From Spirochaetia bacterium (GTDB lineage: Bacteria > Spirochaetota > Spirochaetia > CADAEX01), in NCBI GenBank assembly GCA_963662795.1, contig OY759746.1:1152001-1216000 (forward strand): 64,000 nt of DNA, given 5' to 3'. The notes below the pieces were generated by a model. It saw only the letters and a program-made list of their open reading frames with translations, was not told where the DNA came from and searched no databases. Each line of letters starts with the position of its first letter. Positions within the stretch are counted from its first letter, which is position 1. The translations under genes and the position numbers were made by a program. Below, piece after piece: positions 20,087 through 29,984 of the stretch.

Positions 20087-21925
20087 ATGACATCCAGGCT
20101 GAACAAAAAATATTACATTATACCATTTCTGTATATATCCCTGATTATATTTCTTTTTTATCTACAGTTTGCTACCAGCAAACAATTCAGTGAAAACTAT
20201 TTATCGATTAATATTTCAGGATCTGCCCGTTCAGGCAGCAGGGATCTGGAAAAGAATGTTTCCCGGCTTGAAACTGTAATGCACGGCATAAAACTGATTT
20301 TTTCCGATTCCTCACCTCTTACAGTAACTGAATATGACGGAACAGTTCTCGAGCCTTCCATATCCGGGTATAGAAAAAACCCGGAAAGCATAGATATTCT
20401 ATTTTCAGGAAACTTCCGGATCACCATTTCTGCCGCAGATGAAAGAGGCATAAATTATATCATTAATGCAATCATGCCTTCCGGGAAAAAAGTCAAAAAT
20501 ATATCATTATCCTTTGAAGTTGAAAAAAATGAAGATTTAATAAAGAGCTCAAATTTTCCTGTTTTCGGATATAACAGCGAAGATAATCTCTATTTTTTTA
20601 CAGCAGAAGGGGAAGGTTCTGCAATTGACCGTAAAAAAGGGAGAATAAGCCTTGCCCCCGGAGAGAAAGGCAGGTTCAGCGCTGTAATTTCCGAAGCAGC
20701 GGACAGCATTAATGACCCGAGGGAATTCTGGCTTTCAAAAAATACAGATCTTGAAATAAGCAGTGATGAGATAAACACTGAAAAAAAATATGTCGACCTT
20801 GCCTGGAAAAACCTGCGTACCGGCAGGCTGGATACAGAATCAGGGATGTGGATTGATAAAAACAATCAGCCTGTTTACAGCAGGGAGATTATCTCATTCC
20901 TTGGAAGTGAAGCATTCAAAAGAAAGGAGTACAATGTCAATCAATGGATATTCCGCATTACAGGCACAAAAAATGCTGATTCCCAGTTCATTGAAAATGC
21001 CCTTATAAACGGAGCTACACAGACGGCTTACAGACTTATGCAAAGCCGCGATCTGGCGCTTATAAACGATATTACCCTGAAAATACGGAACAACGATAAA
21101 ACAGTGTTCCGTATTAAAAACCTTGTACAGCTGATTACAGACAGGGGGCCGTATTCCCTGATCCAGGAACTTTTTTTAGCCGCGGAAAAACTTGATATCG
21201 ACAGTCTTGATATGGAAACCGCGGCCGGAGCAGCCTCCGCCTATCTTGATTTTGCTATTTATAATATCGAAAGAGAATTATCTATTGAAAAACTCAACAT
21301 GATAATAAATCAGAAACTGCTGGATAAGGCAGTCCTGGTGGACAACAAGCTTTATCTGATTAAAGAAGGAGATAAATCTGATCTCCTTTTTACAGTAAAA
21401 ACCGCAGAGCTGTTTAAAAAAGCGGGAGAGGTCGCGGAAAGATCGGTATTAAAGCAAATAGGCGGCAAGCTGATTTCTGCTGTATTATCACTTGCCGGCA
21501 ATGACGGGTTTGTTCCTGAAACTTTATACATAGGCAATAACGGAATAACCGGCATGGAAGGGTTTATTGAACCCGAATATATTTATCCTGCCCTGGAAAG
21601 CGCCGAATATCTCCCCCGGATCAACAGTCTTAAAAACCAGACAGCTCCCGGCACATGGATAGCATCCTGCTCGAAAATTGAGGGATTCAACAGCAATAGT
21701 GAAAGCATATCAATTGAGACGGGCTTCCCGGCAGATGAAACAGAGAACATGATAATACAGGGGATACAATCGGTCTCAGGGGTCAAGCTGTACGGTGTTA
21801 ACTGGAACACAGCTGCCGACTTTGAAAAATATTATGCGGGATGGGTTTACAGCAGTGAAACTCAGACCCTTTTCCTGCGGCTCAGGCACAGACAGGAGAA
21901 AGAGACAGTTATTATTGATTTCTGA
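20087..21925 (+). CDS. Hypothetical membrane-anchored protein
   Basis: Long ORF with an N-terminal TM helix and no recognised domain. Start ATG 20087 inferred from promoter spacing (track gives 20081). Confidence 0.75.
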   Translation: MTSRLNKKYYIIPFLYISLIIFLFYLQFATSKQFSENYLSINISGSARSGSRDLEKNVSRLETVMHGIKLIFSDSSPLTVTEYDGTVLEPSISGYRKNPESIDILFSGNFRITISAADERGINYIINAIMPSGKKVKNISLSFEVEKNEDLIKSSNFPVFGYNSEDNLYFFTAEGEGSAIDRKKGRISLAPGEKGRFSAVISEAADSINDPREFWLSKNTDLEISSDEINTEKKYVDLAWKNLRTGRLDTESGMWIDKNNQPVYSREIISFLGSEAFKRKEYNVNQWIFRITGTKNADSQFIENALINGATQTAYRLMQSRDLALINDITLKIRNNDKTVFRIKNLVQLITDRGPYSLIQELFLAAEKLDIDSLDMETAAGAASAYLDFAIYNIERELSIEKLNMIINQKLLDKAVLVDNKLYLIKEGDKSDLLFTVKTAELFKKAGEVAERSVLKQIGGKLISAVLSLAGNDGFVPETLYIGNNGITGMEGFIEPEYIYPALESAEYLPRINSLKNQTAPGTWIASCSKIEGFNSNSESISIETGFPADETENMIIQGIQSVSGVKLYGVNWNTAADFEKYYAGWVYSSETQTLFLRLRHRQEKETVIIDF

Positions 21926-21945
21926 TAAAGCCTTTCTGACAGGAT

Positions 21946-22001
21946 AAAAAAAAGCTGCATCTTTCCGGCTCTTTCATGGTCAAAACCGTTCTGATGCAGC
22001 T
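21946..22001 (-). terminator. Terminator-like hairpin after tkt
   Basis: AGCTGCATC...GATGCAGCT stem with a long loop, followed by a T tract on the minus strand. Confidence 0.6.
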
Positions 22002-22013
22002 CCTGAAAAATTC

Positions 22014-23987
22014 CTATTTATTGATTATTGCAGCAAGATTCTCAGGAGTAAACCCGAATTTCTTGGCGACATCCTTATAGTTTCCTGATTCTCCGAAAAC
22101 ATCTATTGCAAGAACATCTTCCCTGGATGCAACATATCCCATCCAGCCTGTTGACACTCCGCATTCCGCAGCCACTACACGGCAGCCGGCAGGAATAAGT
22201 TTGTCACGAAAGGCCTTTCCCTGTGCCTCAAAAAGCTCTCTTGAAGGAACAGAGACGACTCTCACCTTTTTCGTCGTGTGGGCAAGAGCATCAAGCGCCA
22301 GATTTACCTCAGACCCTGTAGCGAGAACAACAACATCAGGTTTCCCGGCGCAGTCTTTAACAAGGTATGCCCCTTTTCTCATGCTCTTTTTCCAGTCCGG
22401 ATCTGCTTTTTCGTAGGTACGGAGGTTCTGCCTTGTAAAAGCCATGGCTGTCGGGCCGTCTGTCCTTTCCATTGCCATCTGCCAGCCGACTACAGTTTCC
22501 TGGGGATCGCCGGGCCTTAAAACCCTTAAGTTCGGAATAACCCTGAGTGATTCTATCTGTTCCACAGCCTGATGTGTCGGGCCGTCTTCTCCGACATATA
22601 TGGAATCATGTGTAAAAATAAATATTGTCGGTATCTTCATTATTGAGGCAAGCCTTAATGACGGCCTCATGTAATCGGCAAAAACGAGGAAAGTCGCGCA
22701 GTAGCTTCTTAGTCCTCCGTGGAGAATAATCCCGTTTGCAATTCCTCCCATCGCATGTTCCCTTACGCCGAAGTGAAGTGACCTTCCCGCCCGGTTTTCT
22801 CCTGAAAAATCGCCGTTATCAGGAACAACTGTATTATTGGATGGAGCAAGGTCAGCAGATCCGCCTACAAGGTTTGGAACAGCGGCACACATGCTTACCA
22901 GGGTATTTCCGCTTGCAACCCTTGTCGCGACACTTTCATCAATTTTATACTGAGGCAGGGCATTGTCATCAACAGATACTGCCCCCCCGGCCATAAATTT
23001 GTCCCAAAGCAGCGCGAGGGCGCTGTTTTCCTTTCTCCAGGCAGCGTATTCGTCATTCCATTTATCATAATTCTTTTTAAGCTCTGTTTTTTTTGCTTTG
23101 AAATAGTCATAGGCTTCAGGGAAAACATAAAAGTCGGAATTTTCAGGAATTCCAAGGTTCTTTCTTGTTAATTTGATCTCTTCTTCTCCAAGCGGCGCAC
23201 CGTGAACCTTGTGGGTTCCTGCCATATTTGGAGACCCTTTCCCTATAACAGATTTAAGTACGATGATTGAGGGTTTTTTCTTCTCTGCCTTTGCCTCTGC
23301 AACAAGAGAGAGGATACCGTCAAGATCATAGGCATCACCCTTAAGGACCTGCCAGCCGTAAGCTTTGTACCTGTCGCCGACATTCTCCGTGAATGCGATG
23401 TTTGTTTTTCCTTCGATAGTAATTCCATTGTCATCATAAAAAACAATAAGCTTCCCGAGACCCAAATGGCCCGCAAGTGAGGCAGCTTCGGAGGTTATCC
23501 CTTCCATCATGCAGCCGTCGCCGGAAAGCGCATAAGTGTAATGGTCAATAAGTTTTCTCTTTTCAGTATTAAACTTTGCAGCAAGCATCTCTTCAGCAAT
23601 TGCCATACCGACCGCATTTGAAAACCCGGCGCCGAGAGGCCCTGTTGTAGTCTCAACTCCGTCTGTCCAGCCGTATTCCGGATGGCCGGGAGTCTTTGTC
23701 CCGAGCTGTCTGAAGCCTTTAAGATCTTCAATTGTCAGTCCGAACCCCGCGACATGAAGCAGGGCGTAAAGAAAAGCTGATCCATGTCCGGCCGACAGGA
23801 CAAACCTGTCCCTGTTTATCCACTTCGGATTTTCCGGATTATAATTCATTATTTCGCCATAGAGCAGCGCACCAAGTTCAGCACAACCCATAGGAAGTCC
23901 GGGATGCCCGGATTTTGCCTTCTGGACCTGATCAACAGATAAAGCCCTTACTGAATTTGCTACAGCTGTGACAGCCTGTTTATTCAT
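22014..23987 (-). CDS. tkt: Transketolase
   Basis: SGHPG, RDRFVLSAGH, GDGCMMEG and THDSIYVGEDGPTHQ motifs. Confidence 0.98.
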   Translation of the reverse strand: MNKQAVTAVANSVRALSVDQVQKAKSGHPGLPMGCAELGALLYGEIMNYNPENPKWINRDRFVLSAGHGSAFLYALLHVAGFGLTIEDLKGFRQLGTKTPGHPEYGWTDGVETTTGPLGAGFSNAVGMAIAEEMLAAKFNTEKRKLIDHYTYALSGDGCMMEGITSEAASLAGHLGLGKLIVFYDDNGITIEGKTNIAFTENVGDRYKAYGWQVLKGDAYDLDGILSLVAEAKAEKKKPSIIVLKSVIGKGSPNMAGTHKVHGAPLGEEEIKLTRKNLGIPENSDFYVFPEAYDYFKAKKTELKKNYDKWNDEYAAWRKENSALALLWDKFMAGGAVSVDDNALPQYKIDESVATRVASGNTLVSMCAAVPNLVGGSADLAPSNNTVVPDNGDFSGENRAGRSLHFGVREHAMGGIANGIILHGGLRSYCATFLVFADYMRPSLRLASIMKIPTIFIFTHDSIYVGEDGPTHQAVEQIESLRVIPNLRVLRPGDPQETVVGWQMAMERTDGPTAMAFTRQNLRTYEKADPDWKKSMRKGAYLVKDCAGKPDVVVLATGSEVNLALDALAHTTKKVRVVSVPSRELFEAQGKAFRDKLIPAGCRVVAAECGVSTGWMGYVASREDVLAIDVFGESGNYKDVAKKFGFTPENLAAIINK

Positions 23988-24150
23988 ATGTTCCCCCTAT
24001 ACAGATTTCTACATATCTACCTAAGTATTATTATTCTAATACAATTGATTTTTTTTTTAAAGAGACTAACCGCGTCAGTATAAAACATTTTTTAATCAAA
24101 CCCTGAAAAACAGTGATATAAGAAACAAAATATTGTAGTATTTAAAATGC

Positions 24151-24822
24151 ATGGAAATATTTTATGACAAGATAATGAAAGCAATGCCTGCCAGCCCGAT
24201 CCTTATCGCAAGAGAAATGAGCTCAAGATCTGCTGTCTTTGTCCCGTTCGTGGAAATTGATGACAGGGAATATGTATTGTTTGAAAAAAGGGCAAAAGGG
24301 ATAAGGCAGCAGGGCGAGATATGTTTTCCGGGGGGGATGGCAGACAAAAAACTGGACAGAACAACTGAAGAAACTGCAGTGAGGGAAACAGCGGAAGAAC
24401 TCGGGATTAACAGGGATAAAATTCAAGAGGGGAAACATCTGGGGTACCTGGTTTCGAGCGCAGGGCTTGCTATTGACGTTTATATGGGAAGGCTTTTAAT
24501 AAAAAGTTTTTCAGAACTTACCCCCAGTACCAGCGAGGTTGAAAACATTCACCCTGTGCCGTTCAGTTTTTTCATCAGCTCAAAACCGGACAGGTACATG
24601 CTTGAAACAGAGGTCAAGCCAATGCTTTATAATGAAAAAGGGAACAGGGAAATTCTGTTTCCCGCAAAGGAACTGGGCCTTCCCGAGATATATCATGCTC
24701 CCTGGAAAGGGAGGGAAGCCTCTGTCTATGTTTACAGATATGAAGATATAACAATATGGGGAATTACTGCCGCCATAATATATGAAATATCAGCAATCAT
24801 TATTAACGGAGGAACACTTTGA
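24151..24822 (+). CDS. Nudix hydrolase, CoA pyrophosphatase type
   Basis: GEICFPGG...AVRETAEELG Nudix box and IWGITA motif. Confidence 0.88.
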   Translation: MEIFYDKIMKAMPASPILIAREMSSRSAVFVPFVEIDDREYVLFEKRAKGIRQQGEICFPGGMADKKLDRTTEETAVRETAEELGINRDKIQEGKHLGYLVSSAGLAIDVYMGRLLIKSFSELTPSTSEVENIHPVPFSFFISSKPDRYMLETEVKPMLYNEKGNREILFPAKELGLPEIYHAPWKGREASVYVYRYEDITIWGITAAIIYEISAIIINGGTL

Positions 24823-25259
24823 AAGAAAAAGTTATTATAGGGTGTGATCATGGCGCATTTGAATTAAAGGAACAGATAAAAAAATTTCTTGCCGAATCCG
24901 GTTACGACGTATCTGATGCCGGTGTCTACAATGAGGAAAGGGCAGATTATCCCGATATTGCAGAAAGGGCCTGCGGCGAATTTCTGAAAGGCGGTTACGC
25001 TTTCGGGATATTGTGCTGTGGTACCGGTATAGGCATATCAATTGCCGCAAATAAAATAAACGGAATCAGATGTGCGCTCCTGCATGATCTTTACACTGCA
25101 GAAATGAGCAAAGCACATAACAACGCCAATTTTATTGCTTTTGGAGGAAGGGTAAGATACACTGATCCGGTCGAAAGCATGATAACGAAATTTATAAAAA
25201 CTGAATATGAAGGGGGCCGCCACGAAGAGAGGCTGCAGAAAATACGCTCTCTTGAATAG
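24819..25259 (+). CDS. rpiB: Ribose-5-phosphate isomerase B
   Basis: GCDHGA, CGTGIG, HNNAN and GGRH motifs. Confidence 0.93.
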   Translation: MKEKVIIGCDHGAFELKEQIKKFLAESGYDVSDAGVYNEERADYPDIAERACGEFLKGGYAFGILCCGTGIGISIAANKINGIRCALLHDLYTAEMSKAHNNANFIAFGGRVRYTDPVESMITKFIKTEYEGGRHEERLQKIRSLE

Positions 25260-25282
25260 CGCCTTTAACCGGAGACAGATAA

Positions 25283-26044
25283 TTGCTCTCATTAATCAAT
25301 ATAACCAAAAAATTCCCCGGACAGACAAAACCTGCAGCTGAAAATATAACATTTGAAGTAAAACAGGGTGAAGTTGCAGCCCTTCTGGGAGAAAACGGAG
25401 CAGGCAAAACAACAACCCTGAGGGTTATCTCAACAATGCTTAAGCCGGACCGCGGGACATGCACTGTTATGGGGCATGATTCTGTAAACACCCCGGGCAG
25501 GGTGAGAGAAGCCATCGGCATGCTCCTCGGCGGGGAAACAGGTCTTTATGACAGGCTTACAGCAAGGGAAAATATTCTATATTTTGCAGACCTGCATGGA
25601 ATGGCGTGCAATGTGCAGAAAAAAAACATTAAAGCGCTTGCAGGAATTCTCGGGATGGAAGATTATCTTGATAAAAGGTGCGGCACTTTCTCAAGGGGAA
25701 TGAAACAGAAAACTGCATTTGCCAGGGCCCTTATACACAATCCCCCTGTCATCCTTCTTGATGAACCTACAACAGGCCTTGATGTATCATCATCAAAGAC
25801 TGTAAGGGATTTTATAATCCGCTGCAGGGATGAGGGGAGGACAGTACTTTTCTCAAGCCACAATATTGATGAGGTAAAAAAACTCGCAGACAGGATAATT
25901 ATAATCCATGGCGGAATTGTCCGGGAAAACAGCACCCGGGAAGAACTTATAAGAAAATACGGTGATGATCTTGAATCAGTTTTTATAAGTATCACAAGCG
26001 CACATAATGGGGAAAAGCACATAGCCGGGGAAAGGAATGGGTAA
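25283..26044 (+). CDS. ABC exporter ATP-binding protein (NatA-like)
   Basis: GENGAGKTT, FSRGMKQK and LLDEPTTGLD motifs. Confidence 0.88.
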   Translation: MLSLINITKKFPGQTKPAAENITFEVKQGEVAALLGENGAGKTTTLRVISTMLKPDRGTCTVMGHDSVNTPGRVREAIGMLLGGETGLYDRLTARENILYFADLHGMACNVQKKNIKALAGILGMEDYLDKRCGTFSRGMKQKTAFARALIHNPPVILLDEPTTGLDVSSSKTVRDFIIRCRDEGRTVLFSSHNIDEVKKLADRIIIIHGGIVRENSTREELIRKYGDDLESVFISITSAHNGEKHIAGERNG

Positions 26045-27212
26045 TATTTCCGTACTGAAGGTTGTCTCAAAAGAACTCAAAGACATAAGCCGCGATAAAA
26101 GATCTCTGTTTATCTCACTTGTTTTCCCCATGCTGCTTTTCCCGCTTATATTCGGGGCTTTTGAGAGCTCGCTTCTTTCCCCGGACACCGACAGGGATGA
26201 AAAAATAAAAATCGGAATAAATAAAACTGGAAATAACCGGGCTGCGGAGATTATCAGCCTTCATGAAAATATTACTCTGCTTCAAAGCCATGATCCTGTT
26301 GAAATGCTTAAACAAAGGAAAGTACTCGCAGCAGTAACAGTTAATGGAAATTCAGAAGAGGAAATAACAATAACAGCCGATAATTCACGCAGGGAATCCA
26401 TTTCCGCGGCATCGGTAATCGGGGGTCTTTTTGCAGCACAATCAGGGGCTGAAGAGACGGGAAAAGGAAATGTTTTAAGAAACAGAGTTGATGCAGGTAA
26501 AGGAGAACCTCTGTTTTCAGTAAGCAGCAGAACCCTTTATCCGCCTGAAACCGGCAGCAGCATGCTTACCCTCTCAATAATCCTCCCCCTCCTTCTGATG
26601 ACATTCACTTCAGTAAGCACAACGGCGGTTGCCGCTGACCTCGGCGCAGGTGAAAAGGAAAGGCAGACACTTGAGCCTCTCCTTGCAAATCCGGCATCGC
26701 GGATACAGATACTCGCAGGCAAGTTCCTTGCCGTTACAATAATGGGGATTGCCGGGGTTTTATCCTTCACGGCAGGAATTGTCATATCATACTGCATAAA
26801 TCCCGATTTTCTCGGGACAGGCCCTCTTGTATTTACAGTTAAAGGGGCCCCGCTTGCCGTTCTCTGCATCCAGACCCTCTTTCTGTCAATGATATTCGGT
26901 TCTGCCGAGCTTGCCCTCAGCATATTCGCAAGGTCTGTAAAAGAGGCACAGCTCATGTTCATACCTCTCTTGATGGTAAGCATGGCGTGCGGCTACAGCG
27001 TTACAATGATCACACCTGAAAGCAGCGCGGCTGAAGTACTCCGCCACATACCGCTTGTAAACATCGGCCTCCTTATAAAGGAGCTCTCCCTCGGCGCAGC
27101 CTCAGCGGCAGGCATAATAATAACCTTAGCGTGGAGTGTTGTGTACATGGCTCTCTTTCTTGCCGCATCCCTTGCTTTCTTCTCAAGCGAAAAGGTAATA
27201 CTCAGAAGCTGA
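26037..27212 (+). CDS. ABC-2 exporter permease (NatB-like)
   Basis: KELKDISRDKR and AGEKERQTLEPLL motifs. Confidence 0.85.
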   Translation: MGNISVLKVVSKELKDISRDKRSLFISLVFPMLLFPLIFGAFESSLLSPDTDRDEKIKIGINKTGNNRAAEIISLHENITLLQSHDPVEMLKQRKVLAAVTVNGNSEEEITITADNSRRESISAASVIGGLFAAQSGAEETGKGNVLRNRVDAGKGEPLFSVSSRTLYPPETGSSMLTLSIILPLLLMTFTSVSTTAVAADLGAGEKERQTLEPLLANPASRIQILAGKFLAVTIMGIAGVLSFTAGIVISYCINPDFLGTGPLVFTVKGAPLAVLCIQTLFLSMIFGSAELALSIFARSVKEAQLMFIPLLMVSMACGYSVTMITPESSAAEVLRHIPLVNIGLLIKELSLGAASAAGIIITLAWSVVYMALFLAASLAFFSSEKVILRS

Positions 27213-27224
27213 AATACAAAATAT

Positions 27225-27252
27225 TTGACATATTTGTAAAATCCTGTATTAT
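27225..27252 (+). promoter_or_regulatory. Sigma70-type promoter for a small ORF
   Basis: TTGACA (27225-27230), 16-nt spacer, TATTAT (27247-27252). Confidence 0.55.
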
Positions 27253-27288
27253 TCAATAAAAGGACGGCCAAACTTCAGGGAGGATCCG

Positions 27289-27345
27289 ATGCTGTATATT
27301 TTACTTTGCGTTATAGCAGTAATCATAATTATCAGAATTATCTAA
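27289..27345 (+). CDS. Putative 18-aa hydrophobic small protein MLYILLCVIAVIIIIRII
   Basis: GGAGG RBS 5 nt before ATG, upstream promoter, fills the intergenic gap; below the ORF-track size cut-off. Confidence 0.55.
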   Translation: MLYILLCVIAVIIIIRII

Positions 27346-27355
27346 ACATAGCATT

Positions 27356-28324
27356 TCACGGTTTTACACTGCCGAATATTCTGTTTATGATCTTTCTCCA
27401 GAAAGACTCTTCAGAAATAAATCTGTAGGCAATTTCAGAAAATTCAGGACACATCAGATACCCGTAAACCTTATGGGGGTTATTCTTCCCCTTGAAGTGG
27501 TAGTTGTTCTGGACAATATAATCGACAGGCTTTACCCCGTGCAGCGAAGGGGCGAACTCCTTTTCAAGACAGTAGACAAGGGCAATTTTATCGTCAAGGT
27601 CAGACAGGTTGTCCCACCTTTCCCTGATTGATTCAGGCGTTACAGGGCGGCTTTTGCTGTTTATCGCCCTTCCCTGATCTTTCAGTATTTTTTTAATAAC
27701 AACCGGAAGCCCAAGCGGAGAGCCTATTGTAACAAACCGGTCAATACTCTCCCTGTTTCCCATATCCATCAGGGTATCATAGGCAATTATCGAACCCATT
27801 GAATGGGCGACAAGCATTATTTTATATTTTCTGTATTTTCTGAGCTTCTCTACAAGACGTTTTTTAAATTCCTCTTTTGCATCAGCATCCGGATTAATCC
27901 GGCTTTTTCCGCTGTAATATGTATCAAGGTCGGCAAACATCCTTTTAATTGCAATGTCAGCAATCCTGTCTATGCCGGCAATAACATCGCCTTTGATAAA
28001 TAGCAGTTCAAGACCTGATTCTATCGTACGGCTCATTGTCTTTTTAAGACGATCACGGACACTTATCCTTTCACGGGGGCCTTCTTCAGAGCCGGGCTGA
28101 TAGGGAAAAGTAAGATATCGGGGATCATTTTCATCCCCCTCATCAGGGTCCTGCGGCGATTCATAATTAAGGTCAGCCCAGTATACAAGATCAAATCTGA
28201 ATTTCATGCGCTTATAAGCGTTTTTTTCAAACCCTTCCTGTATTGCTTCCTTCCACCATTTTGAGAGCATCTCCCCGGGCGGTTTATTTTTCAGCCCATG
28301 TATTCCGATTATAATTCTCTTCAT
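27356..28324 (-). CDS. Alpha/beta-hydrolase-fold protein
   Basis: IHGL, nucleophile elbow AHSMGS, TIGSPLG, candidate Asp (DLDD) and His (NPHK). Confidence 0.75.
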   Translation of the reverse strand: MKRIIIGIHGLKNKPPGEMLSKWWKEAIQEGFEKNAYKRMKFRFDLVYWADLNYESPQDPDEGDENDPRYLTFPYQPGSEEGPRERISVRDRLKKTMSRTIESGLELLFIKGDVIAGIDRIADIAIKRMFADLDTYYSGKSRINPDADAKEEFKKRLVEKLRKYRKYKIMLVAHSMGSIIAYDTLMDMGNRESIDRFVTIGSPLGLPVVIKKILKDQGRAINSKSRPVTPESIRERWDNLSDLDDKIALVYCLEKEFAPSLHGVKPVDYIVQNNYHFKGKNNPHKVYGYLMCPEFSEIAYRFISEESFWRKIINRIFGSVKP

Positions 28325-28407
28325 GTTCTTATGTACTCTCTTGTTAAATACTGAACTTTAAATAATAAACAGGGATAACATTATTGTTTACCAAAAATTA
28401 ATATAAT

Positions 28408-28437
28408 AAAAGGGCTGCCAGGATTTTTGACAGCCCC
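28408..28437 (-). terminator. Terminator after gdhA
   Basis: GGGCTG...CAGCCC stem followed by TTTTATT on the minus strand. Confidence 0.6.
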
Positions 28438-28479
28438 TCTCTCTTAAATAAGTTTCTTAATTCAGGAAATAATTAAATA

Positions 28480-29814
28480 TCAATATCCCAGATCAAGCAT
28501 TGCGTCTGCGACTTTCTTGAAACCTGCGATATTGGCGCCTTTTACATAGTTTATATAGCCTGAATCTTTTCCTTCCTGTACACATGCGGAGTGTATATTG
28601 ATCATGATTGTTTTGAGTTTTGCATCAACTTCTTCCGCTGACCAGGAATATTTCATTGCGTTCTGGCTCATTTCAAGACCTGATGTCGCAACCCCTCCGG
28701 CGTTGGCGGCTTTTCCGGGAGCAAACGGAATTTTTTTATTTATAAACTCTGTAACAGCATCTGCAGTGCATCCCATGTTTGATGTTTCAACTACATATTT
28801 AACGCCGTTAGCTATAAGAGCCTTTGCATCGGCAAGAGTAAGCTCATTCTGGAAAGCGCATGGAAAAGCCATATCTACTTTTAATTCCCATGGTTTTTTT
28901 CCGGGGAAGAATTTAGCGCCGAATTTTTCTGCATATGGAGCTACAATATCCTTGTTGGACGCCCTAAGCTGAAGCATATAATCCCATTTTTCTTTTGTTG
29001 ATATCCCTTTTTCATCATATACATATCCGTCAGGTCCTGATATCGCAACTACCTTTGCACCAAGCTCAGTTCCCTTTATACATGCTCCCCATGCTACGTT
29101 GCCGAAGCCTGATACTGCGATTGTCTTTCCCTTCATCGTATCCTTGTTTGCCTTAACCATTTCATCTGCAAAGTACATTGTTCCATACCCTGTCGCTTCA
29201 GGTCTTACAAGCGAGCCTCCCCAGTTAATACCTTTTCCTGTAAGAACTCCTGTGTTTTCAACCCTGAGTCTCTTGTACTGGCCGTACATAAACCCGATTT
29301 CCCTTCCGCCTACACCGATATCCCCTGCCGGAACGTCTGTTTCAGGCCCGATGTATTTCTGAAGTTCTGTCATGAATGAGCGGCAGAATCTTAAAATTTC
29401 AGCATCAGATTTTCCCTTGGTATTAAAGTCTGAACCGCCTTTCCCTCCGCCCATGGGCAGTGTTGTAAGGCTGTTTTTAAACATCTGCTCAAAACCGAGG
29501 AATTTAAGGGTTCCGAGTGTTACACTTGGGTGAAACCTGAGTCCTCCCTTATAGGGACCGATGGCATTATTAAACTGAACTCTGTATCCCCTGTTAACCT
29601 GTACTTCACCATTGTCATCTTCCCATTCAACCTTGAAAGAAAAGACCCTGTCCGGCTCTGTAATCCTTTCAAGGATCTTTGCCTTGAGGTAAGCCGGGTT
29701 GTCATTGACAACATCGATTATTGATTCAATTACCTCTTTTGCAGCCTGGATAAATTCCGGTTGGGCTGGATTTTTTCTTTCGAGTTCCGCCATAAATTCA
29801 TCAAGATTATACAT
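28480..29814 (-). CDS. gdhA: Glutamate dehydrogenase (NAD(P)-dependent, hexameric)
   Basis: GPYKGGLRFHP, GGGKGG, DVPAGD, GFGNV and KAANAGGV motifs. Confidence 0.96.
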   Translation of the reverse strand: MYNLDEFMAELERKNPAQPEFIQAAKEVIESIIDVVNDNPAYLKAKILERITEPDRVFSFKVEWEDDNGEVQVNRGYRVQFNNAIGPYKGGLRFHPSVTLGTLKFLGFEQMFKNSLTTLPMGGGKGGSDFNTKGKSDAEILRFCRSFMTELQKYIGPETDVPAGDIGVGGREIGFMYGQYKRLRVENTGVLTGKGINWGGSLVRPEATGYGTMYFADEMVKANKDTMKGKTIAVSGFGNVAWGACIKGTELGAKVVAISGPDGYVYDEKGISTKEKWDYMLQLRASNKDIVAPYAEKFGAKFFPGKKPWELKVDMAFPCAFQNELTLADAKALIANGVKYVVETSNMGCTADAVTEFINKKIPFAPGKAANAGGVATSGLEMSQNAMKYSWSAEEVDAKLKTIMINIHSACVQEGKDSGYINYVKGANIAGFKKVADAMLDLGY

Positions 29815-29984
29815 TCTAACAGCTCCTTAATTCTGTTTTTGCGATTTAAGTTATTCTTATCACGCAATCTATTACTATATTTAATCCCATTGACAAAACT
29901 GGTCAAGACCTGTCTACCCAACTATGCAGGTTATGAATGATTATTGTTGATATAATTGTTTACTATGTATTATTCTTAATAACG

